A stretch of DNA of 64,000 bases. It comes from an uncultured Candidatus Saccharibacteria bacterium (lineage in GTDB: Bacteria; Patescibacteriota; Minisyncoccia; Phycocordibacterales; UBA2100). Each line of letters starts with the position of its first letter. Positions within the stretch are counted from its first letter, which is position 1. Made by a program: the position numbers and the translations under genes. The DNA is taken from NCBI GenBank assembly GCA_964350885.1, contig CAYGKV010000006.1, forward strand, positions 18-64,017, read 5' to 3'. A model generated the notes under the pieces. It was not told the DNA's origin and ran no database searches. It saw nothing but the letters and a program-made list of their open reading frames with translations. Below, piece after piece: positions 46,226 through 56,551 of this stretch.

Positions 46226-47512
46226 ATGGTAGTTGATGTGCTCGTCATAGGAAGCGGTGCACGGGAGCACGCGCTCGCATGGAAGCTTGCGCAGTCGCCA
46301 CGTATAGGGAAGCTATATGTCGCGCCAGGGAATAGTGGCACCGCGGGTATTGCAGAGAACGTGCCGATCGAAGCATCCGACCTTGAGGGTCTCGCAAAAT
46401 TCGCGCGCGCTAAAAATATTGGACTCACTGTGGTGGGTCCCGACGATGTCCTCGCGATGGGGGTAGTGGGTCTATTCACTGCACGCGGATTACGAATATT
46501 CGGCCCGACCAAAGAGGCCGCGCAGATCGAGAGCTCGAAAGCGTTTTCAAAAGTACTCATGCAGGAGGGGAATATCCCGACAGCGAAATTTGCCGTCTTC
46601 AATAGCGCCGCACCTGCTCTTGCATACATTCGCACGGCCGGGGTACCGATTGTTGTGAAGGCGAGCGGTCTTGCGCTAGGAAAGGGCGTCTACGTCTGCA
46701 AAACGATGGCTGAGGCCGAGCAGGCAGTGAAAGAGGTCATGATAGATCGTGTGCACAAAGATGCGGGTAGTGAGGTGGTTGTAGAGGAATACCTAGATGG
46801 GTCCGAAGTATCGATTCATGCGCTCTCCGACGGAATTACGTACATGCTGTTTCCGCCCGCGCAGGATCATAAGCGCGCGCTTGATGGAGACAGGGGGAAC
46901 AACACCGGGGGGATGGGCACTATTGCGCCCGTGCCGTGGGTCACCCTTCCAATGATGTCGGGCATTGAAAGCCAAGTTGTTACGCCGACATTTGACGCAT
47001 TCAGAAAGAGGGGCGCCCAGTTTAAGGGGGTCTTATTCCCGGGCATTATGATGACGGAAGATGGTCCGAAAGTCTTGGAATACAACGCTCGTTTTGGAGA
47101 TCCCGAGACCCAAGTGTATATGCGGTTGTTAAGTAGTGATCTTCTCGACCTTCTAGAGGCCTGTGTTGACGGAACTTTGTTTACGATACGCAGTGGGGTG
47201 GAGTGGAATCGTGGTTTTGCAGCGAATGTTGTTATTGCCTCCGGTGGATATCCGAATTCATACGAGAAAGGATTTCCAATTACCGGAATAGAAGATGCCG
47301 AAAAGGTTCAGGATGTCATCGTATTTCATGCAGGGACAAAAATCGAAAACGGCCAACTCGTAACCTCTGGCGGTCGTGTGCTAAGTATCTCAGCAACGGG
47401 AGGAACGCTAAAACAGGCTCTCGACCGTGCGTACAAGGCCGTCGAGAGGATTCATTTCAAGGGCATGCAATTTCGTACGGATATTGGTGCGGGAGCACTC
47501 GGTTCGGAGTGA
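46226..47512 (+). CDS. purD: phosphoribosylamine--glycine ligase
   Basis: VLVIGSGAREHALAWKL N-terminus and ATP-grasp domain. Confidence 0.88.
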   Translation: MVVDVLVIGSGAREHALAWKLAQSPRIGKLYVAPGNSGTAGIAENVPIEASDLEGLAKFARAKNIGLTVVGPDDVLAMGVVGLFTARGLRIFGPTKEAAQIESSKAFSKVLMQEGNIPTAKFAVFNSAAPALAYIRTAGVPIVVKASGLALGKGVYVCKTMAEAEQAVKEVMIDRVHKDAGSEVVVEEYLDGSEVSIHALSDGITYMLFPPAQDHKRALDGDRGNNTGGMGTIAPVPWVTLPMMSGIESQVVTPTFDAFRKRGAQFKGVLFPGIMMTEDGPKVLEYNARFGDPETQVYMRLLSSDLLDLLEACVDGTLFTIRSGVEWNRGFAANVVIASGGYPNSYEKGFPITGIEDAEKVQDVIVFHAGTKIENGQLVTSGGRVLSISATGGTLKQALDRAYKAVERIHFKGMQFRTDIGAGALGSE

Positions 47513-47566
47513 TATACCCCGTGGGATGGCGGCTTTTGGTCTACTCAATAGGGTATACTTTCTCTC

Positions 47567-50380
47567 ATGCCCCCGATGATGGAGAAGCCGCGTGGTGCGG
47601 TTCCTGAGAAATTCAAATCTCCCGAGGAGGAGTTGGCTTATTTGCGGGAGCGGGTAAAAGAGAAAGAGGCCGAGATGGAAGCGCCCGACAACCGATTTGA
47701 GAGTGATCGTATCGCAAAGCGCGAAGTCGCAGCATACGCTGATACTCCCGCGACGACGATTTTGCATGAGGAGGTGGTAATGGCGGAGCACGATATTCTC
47801 AAAAACATCCTCAAGCTCGAACCGGAGCCGCATGACAAACAGGTAGACGAGATTCTAAGGCTTGTCACTGAGCGTGGAATTCGCAACGCTCTATCGATTG
47901 CCGCGCGTATGAAAAATCCGCACCTTGAAGACGATGTGCACCGAGCGCTAGTTCGCTACATCGCCGAGGGACTTCCCGACAAGGGGATGGGTGTTGCCGA
48001 GAGGGTGAAGCGATCGCTCAATATGGTTCTCTTCGAGATTCAGCCTCAGGCACATGGCGAAGGTGATAAACAAGAGAACCAGCAACATAAATTAGAGCAA
48101 CTACTCTCGTCCTCGGAGCAATTGTACGCGGGCCTCACATCACTCATCGATTCCCGCGAAGGTTTCTCACTTGAAATTGCTGTCGCCGAAGGTACCGAAG
48201 AGGCATTCTTGTATTTGGCGGTACCTCGTGCAAAGAAAGTCCTTGCAGAGCGCCTCATTGCATCAGTATTTCCCAACGCGCGGATGTCCGAATCGCGCGG
48301 CGACTACAATATCTTCAACTACGATGGCGAGCACGCGGCCGCCTACGCCACGCTCGCCGACCACCCGTCACTCCCTCTTAAGACTCCGGAGATGTTTGAG
48401 CACGATCCGATGAACATTCTCCTTGCGGCGTTTGCGAAAATCGCAAAGCATGGCGAAGGAGCCGCCCTCCAAATCACGGTCTCGACTGAGGGTGATCGCT
48501 ACAACCACCATTACAAAAAAATCGTTCGGGAGCTCGAGAAGGGGAAACCCTTTCGCAAGGCGCTCAAGGTACCGGAGAGCGAAATTGGGGAGGCGGTGTA
48601 TACAATGGCAAAGGATCTTTTCATGTCCGAGCAGCAAAAGAAAGAGCTTGATCAACAATTTCGAAAAACGTCGGATCAAGTGGTGACCGAAGTGATTACC
48701 AGGAAGCTGAAGACGCGAATCGCTCCGGTCTCGATACGACTCGTTACCTCTGCGCCCACCAGTGAGCGTGCGCACGAGCTCCTCAGCAATCTGAAAGCGC
48801 CGTTTAGTCAGTATGACGACTCAAAAGGCAATCGTCTCGTATTTAAGGATGTGGGGAGATGGGGCGTATCCGAATTCATCCGTAATTTTACGTACCGTTC
48901 TTTTGATCCATCAATCGCGATGCCTCTCTCGCTTGCCGAAGTCACTTCGATCTTTCACTTTACCGCGGAGCGTGTAACGACCTCTCGCGAACTGAAACGT
49001 AGTTTTGCGAAGCAGGCACCTGCGCCCGTCGAGACCCCCGCCGAAGGCATCACGATTGGGATCAATACGTATGGGGCAGATGAGACACCAGTACGCTTCG
49101 GACCTTCCGATCGTCTACGACACGCGTATGTGATCGGGCAGACGGGTACAGGAAAGACGGGTCTTATCAAGAATATGATTATCCAGGACATCAAGAATGG
49201 GGAAGGTGTGGCATTCATTGATCCTCACGGCAACGACATCGAGGACGTGCTCGCGTGCATTCCGCCCGAGCGTATGCAGGATGTCATTTATTTCGATCCC
49301 GCATACACAGCGCGACCAATGGGACTCAATATGCTCGAGTACGATCGATCCAAGCCCGAGATGAAGACCTTTGTTGTCGATGAAGTCTATGGCATCTTTC
49401 GCAAACTCTATGCCGACGTGCCTGAGGCGTTCGGGCCGATGTTTGAGCAGTACTACCGCAATGCCGTGCAGCTCGTCGTCGAAGATCCTGATACGGGGAG
49501 CACGTTTGTGGAGATTCCTCGGGTATTTGCTGACACTGCGTTCCGAAATCTGAAGCTTAGTCACTGCAATAATCCCATCATTGTGCAATTTTGGCGCAAG
49601 ATTGCCGAGCAAGCGCAGGGCGATCCGTCTCTTGAGAATGTCGCGCCATACATCACGAGCAAATTTGACGTCTTCTTGACCAACGACATCATGCGACCGA
49701 TAGTTTCGCAAGAAAAATCAGCGTTCAATTTCCGTGAAATTATGGACAAGAAGAAGATTTTTCTTGCGAATCTCTCCAAGGGCCGTTTGGGGGATCGCAA
49801 CACAGCCCTTTTGGGGCTCATTCTCGTCTCGAAGTTCTTACAGGCCGCGTTTTCACGTGTCGATACGCGCGGTGATTTGCTCCCCGTTTTTTACCTCTAC
49901 ATCGACGAGTTCCAGAATTTCGCGACCCCTTCGATCGCAACTATCCTATCCGAGGCGCGAAAATACAAGCTTTCACTTACGATCGCACACCAATTTATCG
50001 CTCAATTGGAAGAAGACATTCGCGACGCAGTCATCGGCAACGTAGGCACGAAAGCTTCTTTCCGCATCGGGACACAAGATGCTGAATTCTTGGAGAAACA
50101 ATTCACACCCATCTTTACCGCGCAAGATCTGGAGAATCTCCCCAACAGAAATGCAGTACTCTCACTTCTTGTGAATGGTGTGCCCGCACGGCCTTTCACC
50201 ATTCACACGCAAGATCTTCCGCATATGGATTACAGCAAGGTAGAAGCCCTGAAAGAGCTTTCGTATCGCACCTACGGCGTGGATAGGGAAGAGGTGGAAG
50301 CCGAAACCCGCCGCAAGTTCGACGCAAGTTATGGCAAACCAGCCCCAGCCTTGCCAGACCCTTCGTCCTTGTACCAATAA
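47567..50380 (+). CDS. VirD4/TraD-like coupling-protein-family P-loop NTPase (FtsK/HerA superfamily)
   Basis: 937 aa; Walker A VIGQTGTGKTG, Walker B LYIDEFQNF; large helical N-terminal region. Family assignment is from motifs only. Confidence 0.6.
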   Translation: MPPMMEKPRGAVPEKFKSPEEELAYLRERVKEKEAEMEAPDNRFESDRIAKREVAAYADTPATTILHEEVVMAEHDILKNILKLEPEPHDKQVDEILRLVTERGIRNALSIAARMKNPHLEDDVHRALVRYIAEGLPDKGMGVAERVKRSLNMVLFEIQPQAHGEGDKQENQQHKLEQLLSSSEQLYAGLTSLIDSREGFSLEIAVAEGTEEAFLYLAVPRAKKVLAERLIASVFPNARMSESRGDYNIFNYDGEHAAAYATLADHPSLPLKTPEMFEHDPMNILLAAFAKIAKHGEGAALQITVSTEGDRYNHHYKKIVRELEKGKPFRKALKVPESEIGEAVYTMAKDLFMSEQQKKELDQQFRKTSDQVVTEVITRKLKTRIAPVSIRLVTSAPTSERAHELLSNLKAPFSQYDDSKGNRLVFKDVGRWGVSEFIRNFTYRSFDPSIAMPLSLAEVTSIFHFTAERVTTSRELKRSFAKQAPAPVETPAEGITIGINTYGADETPVRFGPSDRLRHAYVIGQTGTGKTGLIKNMIIQDIKNGEGVAFIDPHGNDIEDVLACIPPERMQDVIYFDPAYTARPMGLNMLEYDRSKPEMKTFVVDEVYGIFRKLYADVPEAFGPMFEQYYRNAVQLVVEDPDTGSTFVEIPRVFADTAFRNLKLSHCNNPIIVQFWRKIAEQAQGDPSLENVAPYITSKFDVFLTNDIMRPIVSQEKSAFNFREIMDKKKIFLANLSKGRLGDRNTALLGLILVSKFLQAAFSRVDTRGDLLPVFYLYIDEFQNFATPSIATILSEARKYKLSLTIAHQFIAQLEEDIRDAVIGNVGTKASFRIGTQDAEFLEKQFTPIFTAQDLENLPNRNAVLSLLVNGVPARPFTIHTQDLPHMDYSKVEALKELSYRTYGVDREEVEAETRRKFDASYGKPAPALPDPSSLYQ

Positions 50381-50452
50381 GCACTCGACATCGAGGGGGG
50401 GGGTGTTACCATTCTCTTATTATTCGCCCCATTTTCATTTATAGTAGTTACC

Positions 50453-52132
50453 ATGATTAAAAAAATCACTCTGTCAGGTATCGGGTTGCTGTTTCTTCTC
50501 TCTCCTTTATCTGTTTCCGCGCAGACGATTATTGCAACCAAGTACTCTGGTTACGGTAACCAAGCGGTAGTTCCTGGAACAGTGGATGCACGCATTGGCT
50601 CGTTCATACTCTCGAGCGGTCCTACGGAGGGTGTGAACGTGAGAGACATCATCATTGATTTATCTTCTGAAGAGGCAGCGAAACTCACGAACCTTCGACT
50701 TGTCGATAGCGCAACGGGTGCGGCGATTGGTACGGCAAAACCCACTCCTTCAATATCTAACTCATTCATAGCGAACATAAAGATGCCGGCTTCGAGTACA
50801 AAGAGGATTAATGTCATTGCGAATATCAAGATTGGAGTGAGTAGCAGTTCTGTGATTGCGACTGTTGATGCCGCGACAGGAGGCACGGGTCTCTCATCTG
50901 GTAGCGCAACGACGATCGGGGACGACCTTGATTTGCAGACGATTACAATCAGCCCTGGAACTCTTACCATCACGCGCGGTGCAGGCACACCAGTTAACTC
51001 AAACGTAATTGCGGGTACGTCAATGATTCACGTCGGTAAGTTCGATTTCACTGGGATAAATTCCAGCTACACCGTGCAAGAGTTGAAAGTTAAGGTACCA
51101 TCGGGCGCTGCGACCTCGGTTTCTTCTGTAACTCTCAAGTACAAGAACTCTACTGGTGTTGAGCAGACTGTCTCACAAGCGCTTTCGCTTCCATCGAGTG
51201 CACAGACGCACGCAACGGCGACTTTCTCAGGTCTCACTATGTACGTACCGTTGAACTCCTCGGCTGATGTTGACGTCTACGTTGACACTTCGACCATTGT
51301 CTCTGGTGCAACATCCGGTGCAGCAATATCGGTCATACTTGATCGTAATGAAGGGTTCAAAGCAGTTGATTCGGCAGGTGGTTCAGACACATCGCTTGCG
51401 ACGATTGACGTTCGATCGAATGCGACTGCGGGGTATGGCACCAAGTACGTTAAGAAGTCACTCCCAACCCTCACAAGACTTACAACCGGCTACACTCCGA
51501 ATATCGTGGCTCCCGGCGTCGGCTTCTACCGGTTCATGATCGTCGCTGATGATGCGGGTGATATTGAATGGCGCAGACTTACATTCAAAGTTACTGCAAC
51601 CGGCGTTACGGCTTCACAATGGACTCTCTATGACGTTACAGCGAGCATGATGAGGCCAGTTAACTCAAGACCAGTGAATGTCGGTGTGAATGGCTTCCTT
51701 ACGATCTGTCCAGGCACTTCATGCACCATTGGTGAGGCGGAAGAAATCGGTGCGGGCTCGTCGAAAATATACGAGCTTCGTCCAGGCGTAGTTACGGATT
51801 GGGGTCAGGCAGTTGACAGTATCGTAATTTATTTTGCAGAAGACAAGCGGCCGGTTCCTAATGCAGCTGCGCTCGTTCAGAGAGGCAGGATGATCTGGTC
51901 TGACCGCTCGGCTTTGAGTCACTCGACGACTACATCTGATTGGACCAACGGCTATCTCGTGAAGGACACGGACAACGATACTCGTCAGTGTGTATTCGTT
52001 ACGGAGACTACGTGCACACCAGGTACCGTAGCAAGTGTTGATCGGGAAGATGTAATAGCAAACATAGCAGCTTCGCTCGTGTCTTTTGAATCAATACTTA
52101 AAGAGTGGTTGAGCGTGCTCTTAAGTCACTAA
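50453..52132 (+). CDS. secreted surface protein paralogous to the central region of the 20161..24928 giant protein
   Basis: Signal peptide MIKKITLSGIGLLFLLSPLSVSA; a long region aligns with the giant protein (e.g. YTVQELKVKVPSGAATSVSSVTLKYKNSTGV vs YTVQELKVKIPSDASTSVSSVTLKYKNSAGV). Confidence 0.75.
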   Translation: MIKKITLSGIGLLFLLSPLSVSAQTIIATKYSGYGNQAVVPGTVDARIGSFILSSGPTEGVNVRDIIIDLSSEEAAKLTNLRLVDSATGAAIGTAKPTPSISNSFIANIKMPASSTKRINVIANIKIGVSSSSVIATVDAATGGTGLSSGSATTIGDDLDLQTITISPGTLTITRGAGTPVNSNVIAGTSMIHVGKFDFTGINSSYTVQELKVKVPSGAATSVSSVTLKYKNSTGVEQTVSQALSLPSSAQTHATATFSGLTMYVPLNSSADVDVYVDTSTIVSGATSGAAISVILDRNEGFKAVDSAGGSDTSLATIDVRSNATAGYGTKYVKKSLPTLTRLTTGYTPNIVAPGVGFYRFMIVADDAGDIEWRRLTFKVTATGVTASQWTLYDVTASMMRPVNSRPVNVGVNGFLTICPGTSCTIGEAEEIGAGSSKIYELRPGVVTDWGQAVDSIVIYFAEDKRPVPNAAALVQRGRMIWSDRSALSHSTTTSDWTNGYLVKDTDNDTRQCVFVTETTCTPGTVASVDREDVIANIAASLVSFESILKEWLSVLLSH

Positions 52133-52349
52133 TGTTTGGCGATTCTTGAGTGATGTTGCATTGGAGAAGACGATTAAGCTTTTTTAGAAGGTGGTATAAT
52201 GCCACACATGGTAAAAAAGAGTAGAAAGATCTGAACTCCGGAGGTTAAACCTCTCCGCCGGGATGAGATCGGCAAGGTGCGGTTGAGTTTTTGGACAACA
52301 GGTGTCGGGAACCTTTTTAGTAGGATTTTTATACTATATGATATAGTAC

Positions 52350-52610
52350 ATGGAGGTTCGGTTTACGGTGCATGCACTTCGGAAATTCCTTGTCTTGAAA
52401 CGGCACGGTGTTTCAGTATCAAAACGCCACATCACTGAAACCGTTGAAAAGCCAGAGAGGATTGATCACAGTCGGTTGCCCCTTCTCATTGCTCAAACTA
52501 GCTTTGATGAGCGGCGGGTGTTGCGCGTCGTGTATAGAATCGAACAGGGCACAAAAGTCATCATTACATTTTATCCGGGAAGAAAATCACAATATGAAAA
52601 AGAAGACTAA
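52350..52610 (+). CDS. putative type II toxin (DUF4258-like)
   Basis: 86 aa; extended -10 (tggtataatg) upstream; paired with the overlapping downstream small gene. Confidence 0.45.
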   Translation: MEVRFTVHALRKFLVLKRHGVSVSKRHITETVEKPERIDHSRLPLLIAQTSFDERRVLRVVYRIEQGTKVIITFYPGRKSQYEKED

Positions 52611-52827
52611 CACAAAAATCTCGTACGATTCCGATGCGGATGTTTTGAGTGTGGAAAGTGCGGGGCGGACTATCATTGATCACGCCGAGGAGATGGGAAA
52701 TCTTGTCGTGCACTTCACCAAGCAGAATAAACCGGTACTCGTCGAGATACTCGAAGCGTCGAGTCTTTTCAAGGGCCAGTCGAAGTCGCTGCGTACAGAG
52801 ATTCGCAAGAACTTTGTTGCGGCGTAG
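52594..52827 (+). CDS. putative antitoxin (DUF2283-like)
   Basis: MKKKTNTKISYDSDADVLSVE... resembles DUF2283; overlaps the upstream gene by 17 nt. Confidence 0.45.
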   Translation: MKKKTNTKISYDSDADVLSVESAGRTIIDHAEEMGNLVVHFTKQNKPVLVEILEASSLFKGQSKSLRTEIRKNFVAA

Positions 52828-52839
52828 TACAGTCCCGCC

Positions 52840-53442
52840 ATGGAACACCCAAAAAAGGAACGCACGTTTGTCATCATTAAGCCCGATGGGGTACAACGCG
52901 GTCTTGTGGGCGAGATCATCAAACGCTATGAGCGCACGGGTCTCAAGCTTGTCGGAATGAAATTTGGCGTAGCCGACGAGAAGAAATTTTGGGAACATTA
53001 CAACAAGGACGATGCATGGTTTTTGAAGAAGGGCACGAAGATTGCCGAAGATAAGAAAGCGAATAATCTGCCATTCGATAAAGAGCCGATGGAGTATGGC
53101 AAAGACATTATTCGTCAGCTTGTGAAATTCATGACGTGCGGACCGGTCTTAATGATGGCATGGGAAGGGAATCAGGCGGCGGCCGTTATCAAGAAATTGA
53201 CCGGGGACACTGAACCATCGACATCGGATGTTGGAACGATCCGCGGGGACCTCACGATAGATTCATACAATATTTCAGCGGTTGATGATCGCGCGGTGCG
53301 CAATCTTATACACTGCTCCGAATCGGCGGATGAGGCAAAACGCGAGATCGCTATTTGGTTTACCGACGTTGAAATGACCGAATATCGCCTCGTGAATGAA
53401 CAAATCCTCTACGACGTGAACCTTGACGGAATCCTCGAGTAG
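52840..53442 (+). CDS. ndk: nucleoside-diphosphate kinase with a ~50-aa insertion
   Basis: ERTFVIIKPDGVQRGLVGEII; NLIHCSES active-site His region. Confidence 0.85.
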   Translation: MEHPKKERTFVIIKPDGVQRGLVGEIIKRYERTGLKLVGMKFGVADEKKFWEHYNKDDAWFLKKGTKIAEDKKANNLPFDKEPMEYGKDIIRQLVKFMTCGPVLMMAWEGNQAAAVIKKLTGDTEPSTSDVGTIRGDLTIDSYNISAVDDRAVRNLIHCSESADEAKREIAIWFTDVEMTEYRLVNEQILYDVNLDGILE

Positions 53443-53624
53443 AATCTTATACAGTTCCTCACATATCCTTCGCTGTCGAAAGGTGTATACTTTTTGTAGC
53501 GGTCAGTACGAAAACCTGCTGGTGCGAATAAGGGTAATCCAACATCGCTCTGCGCCTTGGCGTAGATGCTGAGGACTCCCACCTGGCTCCAATACCAGGC
53601 TCACCGTACTTGCCGCCTCCAAGA

Positions 53625-53650
53625 AACCCTGCTCCGCGCAGGGTTTTTGG
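53625..53650 (+). terminator. rho-independent terminator
   Basis: aaaccctgctccgcgcagggttttt, about 180 nt downstream of ndk. Confidence 0.6.
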
Positions 53651-53666
53651 GTGCTAGAATCGTTCG

Positions 53667-55037
53667 GTGAGTGCACGCATACTATTTTATGGAGGTGTGG
53701 GTACCGTGACAGGGGCGAATTTTCTTTTGGATACAGGGAATGAAAAAATCCTTATCGATTGCGGCATGCTCCAGCGTGAGTATCCGCCGACGGGAGGGTG
53801 CGATCTGGCGAATTTTGCACAGTTTCCCTATGACCCCAGTACCATCGACGGGCTTTTAGTGACTCACGCGCACGCTGATCACATCGGCCGCATCCCCAAG
53901 CTGATACGCGATGGCTTGAGAAGTCCTATTTATTCTACCGCTGCGACATATGATCTTGCGGCGCTTATGTTTGATGATGCGCTCGGCATTATGCAGCAAG
54001 ACGCGCTCCGCCGCGGATGTGAGATGTTGTATGAAAAAGAGGATGTGGATCGCGCGCTTGCGCTCTGGCAAACGCATGAGTATCACGAATCGTTTGATGT
54101 GGGAGGCGGCACGGCCGAATTTCTCGACGCGGGGCACATCTTAGGATCAGGGATGGTGAGGCTCTCTCGTGGTAGCAGGAAGATTATTTTTACCGGAGAC
54201 ATCGGCAATTCTCCCGAGCCGATTTTGAATGACACCGAGAGTTCGGAAGGCGTGCACTATCTTGTGATGGAGAGTGTCTATGGGGATCGTGTGCATGAAG
54301 CGCGCGAGGAGCGTCGAGAGCACCTTCGAGAGTTTGTAGAAGACATCCGAAGACGCAAAGGCACCCTCCTCATTCCGTCGTTCTCGATCGAGCGGACCCA
54401 GGTATTGCTCCACGAACTCAGCACGATGATCGAAGAGGAGGGTATGCAGCCAATTCCCGTGTATTTGGACGCGCCGCTTGCGATCCAGGTTACCGATATA
54501 TTTCGGAAGCATAAAAAGCTCCTGAATCCGAAGACGCAGACACATTTTGAGCAAGGGAGCGACCCTTTTTCTTTCAAAGGCCTTACACTCACCGTAAACA
54601 CGAGTGAATCAAGCGCGATCCACAAAGCGACGAACCCAAAGATAATCATAGCTGGCGCTGGGATGTCGAGTGGAGGTAGGATTCGTGCACATGAGAAATA
54701 TTATTTGGGCGACAAGCACGCGACGCTTCTCTTTGTCGGCTATCAGACTCCCGGCTCCCTCGGTCGTCGTATTCAAGATGGAGAGAAGAGGATTCTGATT
54801 GATGGAGAGCATGTGCGCGTCTACGCACGTATCGCTTCTTTGAGCGGTTATTCGGGACATGCCGATCGGGATCAACTGCTTAACTTTGTAGATAGAGCCG
54901 GAGAATCAATCGAACGCGCCTTTGTGACGATGGGCGAACCGCGCGCATCGCTTTTTTTTGCACAGCGCGTCCGCGATTTTCTGGGAGTGGACGCGGTAGT
55001 GCCACAGACGGGGGAGTCATACGAAATCGACTGGTGA
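53667..55037 (+). CDS. MBL-fold beta-CASP ribonuclease (RNase J/CPSF-like)
   Basis: HAHADHIGRIP and the beta-CASP region; 456 aa. Confidence 0.75.
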   Translation: MSARILFYGGVGTVTGANFLLDTGNEKILIDCGMLQREYPPTGGCDLANFAQFPYDPSTIDGLLVTHAHADHIGRIPKLIRDGLRSPIYSTAATYDLAALMFDDALGIMQQDALRRGCEMLYEKEDVDRALALWQTHEYHESFDVGGGTAEFLDAGHILGSGMVRLSRGSRKIIFTGDIGNSPEPILNDTESSEGVHYLVMESVYGDRVHEAREERREHLREFVEDIRRRKGTLLIPSFSIERTQVLLHELSTMIEEEGMQPIPVYLDAPLAIQVTDIFRKHKKLLNPKTQTHFEQGSDPFSFKGLTLTVNTSESSAIHKATNPKIIIAGAGMSSGGRIRAHEKYYLGDKHATLLFVGYQTPGSLGRRIQDGEKRILIDGEHVRVYARIASLSGYSGHADRDQLLNFVDRAGESIERAFVTMGEPRASLFFAQRVRDFLGVDAVVPQTGESYEIDW

Positions 55038-55203
55038 GAAAAGTTTGACAATCATGTATTCATGTAGTACAAATGTTAATCTTTGTTCTTTGAGAAAAGG
55101 CGTGTTTTGCCATGGCGGAAAGCGGCTTGCAACGAGACCCTTTTCCGCTCTGGCAAACTCTGAATCCTCTGAGAACCAGTAGCGCCTGAAAAGGAAACAG
55201 ACC

Positions 55204-55809
55204 ATGTCAAGGAACGACATGCTCGCCCCAATCACCCGGGCTCTTGTTGGGGTGAACGAGAAACACCACGGCCTTATTCTCGATATCGCCAACAAGCTCG
55301 GCGGCGAGAACGCGGACGCGATACACCAAAGTCTCGCAACGGCGCTCCGCGAGAAACCGAAGCCAACCGAGCAAGAGCCGACACTGACCTTTTTCAAGAA
55401 GACGGCGCTCGGCTCGACCTCGGTGACGACCTACGACCTCGGCAAGCGGCTCATGATCGCGCAGATGCTTCGCGCGCTCATGAAGATTGCCGACGATGCG
55501 CCACTCGGCGTGATTGAAAAGCTTGCCAAAGAGCGCAAGCATCCGATCTCGTCCGAGCAGCTCAAAGTCATCCTCGACAAGCAAGCCAAGTTCTTCCTGA
55601 GGGAGGAAGGCGACGAGAACTTCGGCTTGCGTGGTGACGGCTGGGCCAATCTGATTCTGGTCCAGGACGCCGGCGGCTCAGTCTCCGTCGTGAGCGCGGT
55701 CTGGGACGGCTACAGGTGGTACCGCGATCGGGACTCGCTCGACTACGGCTACGTCTGGGGCGTCGACCGTCGCCTTGTCGTCAGCAACTCGGACACTGCG
55801 AATCTTTGA
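55204..55809 (+). CDS. DGR target protein (variable protein); its C-terminus is the variable repeat
   Basis: 201 aa; the last ~43 codons (55681-55809) are homologous to the template repeat at 56048-56166, with mismatches at template adenines. Confidence 0.7.
   Translation: MSRNDMLAPITRALVGVNEKHHGLILDIANKLGGENADAIHQSLATALREKPKPTEQEPTLTFFKKTALGSTSVTTYDLGKRLMIAQMLRALMKIADDAPLGVIEKLAKERKHPISSEQLKVILDKQAKFFLREEGDENFGLRGDGWANLILVQDAGGSVSVVSAVWDGYRWYRDRDSLDYGYVWGVDRRLVVSNSDTANL
55681..55809 (+). repeat. DGR variable repeat (VR)
   Basis: Matches the TR at about 88% identity; 14 of 16 substitutions are at positions where the TR has A. Confidence 0.75.
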
Positions 55810-56047
55810 CGCTTTGTCACTGTATTCGTGTGTTCCGTACCCCCATCTGCAATCGCGCGGGTGGGGGTATAATCTTTTTGAACACGCTGGCATTCGCGTC
55901 TCCGGATTCGAATGGCGAGGTTTGGGGTGCAATTCCCCTAAAAAAGAAACGAGTTGGTGCCGCACGCTATCGAGCGGAGGCTCGGAATTCGATACAGCCT
56001 ATTTGAGCATTCATACGGCAGTGCAAAGGAAGGCGCGCGGCACAAGA

Positions 56048-56166
56048 GTCTCCGTCGTGAACGCGAACTGGAACGGCAACAGGTGGAACCGCTATCGGTA
56101 CTCGCTCGACAACGGCAACGTCTGGAACGTCGACAATCGCCTTGTCGTCAGAAACTCGCATCTTTC
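56048..56166 (+). repeat. DGR template repeat (TR)
   Basis: Non-coding copy carrying 7 AAC and 1 AAT codon in the VR frame (encodes VVNANWNGNRWNRYRYSLDNGNVWNVDNRL). Confidence 0.75.
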
Positions 56167-56181
56167 TCTCGTTCAACGCTT

Positions 56182-56544
56182 TCAGTTGGCGGGAGTTTTC
56201 TTTTCAAGATAGCTTCTCCATCCAACCAACATTTTGCTTGCCTCGACAAGATATTCCGATAGTTGGGCGTATTGCGAATGCGTCAGCATTTTCATCTCCC
56301 AACCAATAACGAGAAAGAATTTTGCGAGGTCGAGCCGTGCAAGTGCGGTTTCAATCGAAACTATCTTTCGTTCGTCTTTTAGATATGCGGCGCGGAATGA
56401 GCAGGCTAACGTTTCCAGCAATTCAGTATCAATTCTCTGTGCCAGCGTTTGTCGTCGTGCTTTATCTACATGTGGCAGAAAACTCTGCCAGATAAGATAC
56501 GCGTCTTTCAGCTTTGATACGACAAGCACGAATTGCTGTTGCAA
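56182..56544 (-). CDS. avd: Avd-like four-helix-bundle protein (23S rRNA IVS protein family), TTG start
   Basis: 120 aa; IWQ in helix 1 and the C-terminal helix SQYAQLSEYLVEASKMLVGWRSYLEKK match the four-helix-bundle family consensus; sits between TR and RT. Confidence 0.65.
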   Translation of the reverse strand: MQQQFVLVVSKLKDAYLIWQSFLPHVDKARRQTLAQRIDTELLETLACSFRAAYLKDERKIVSIETALARLDLAKFFLVIGWEMKMLTHSQYAQLSEYLVEASKMLVGWRSYLEKKTPAN

Positions 56545-56551
56545 AATAGTC

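Noticed and set aside
55880-55960. tRNA-like ggattcgaa sequence between the DGR target gene and TR
   Set aside because: The flanks cannot form a T-arm or acceptor stem, and no cloverleaf is possible.
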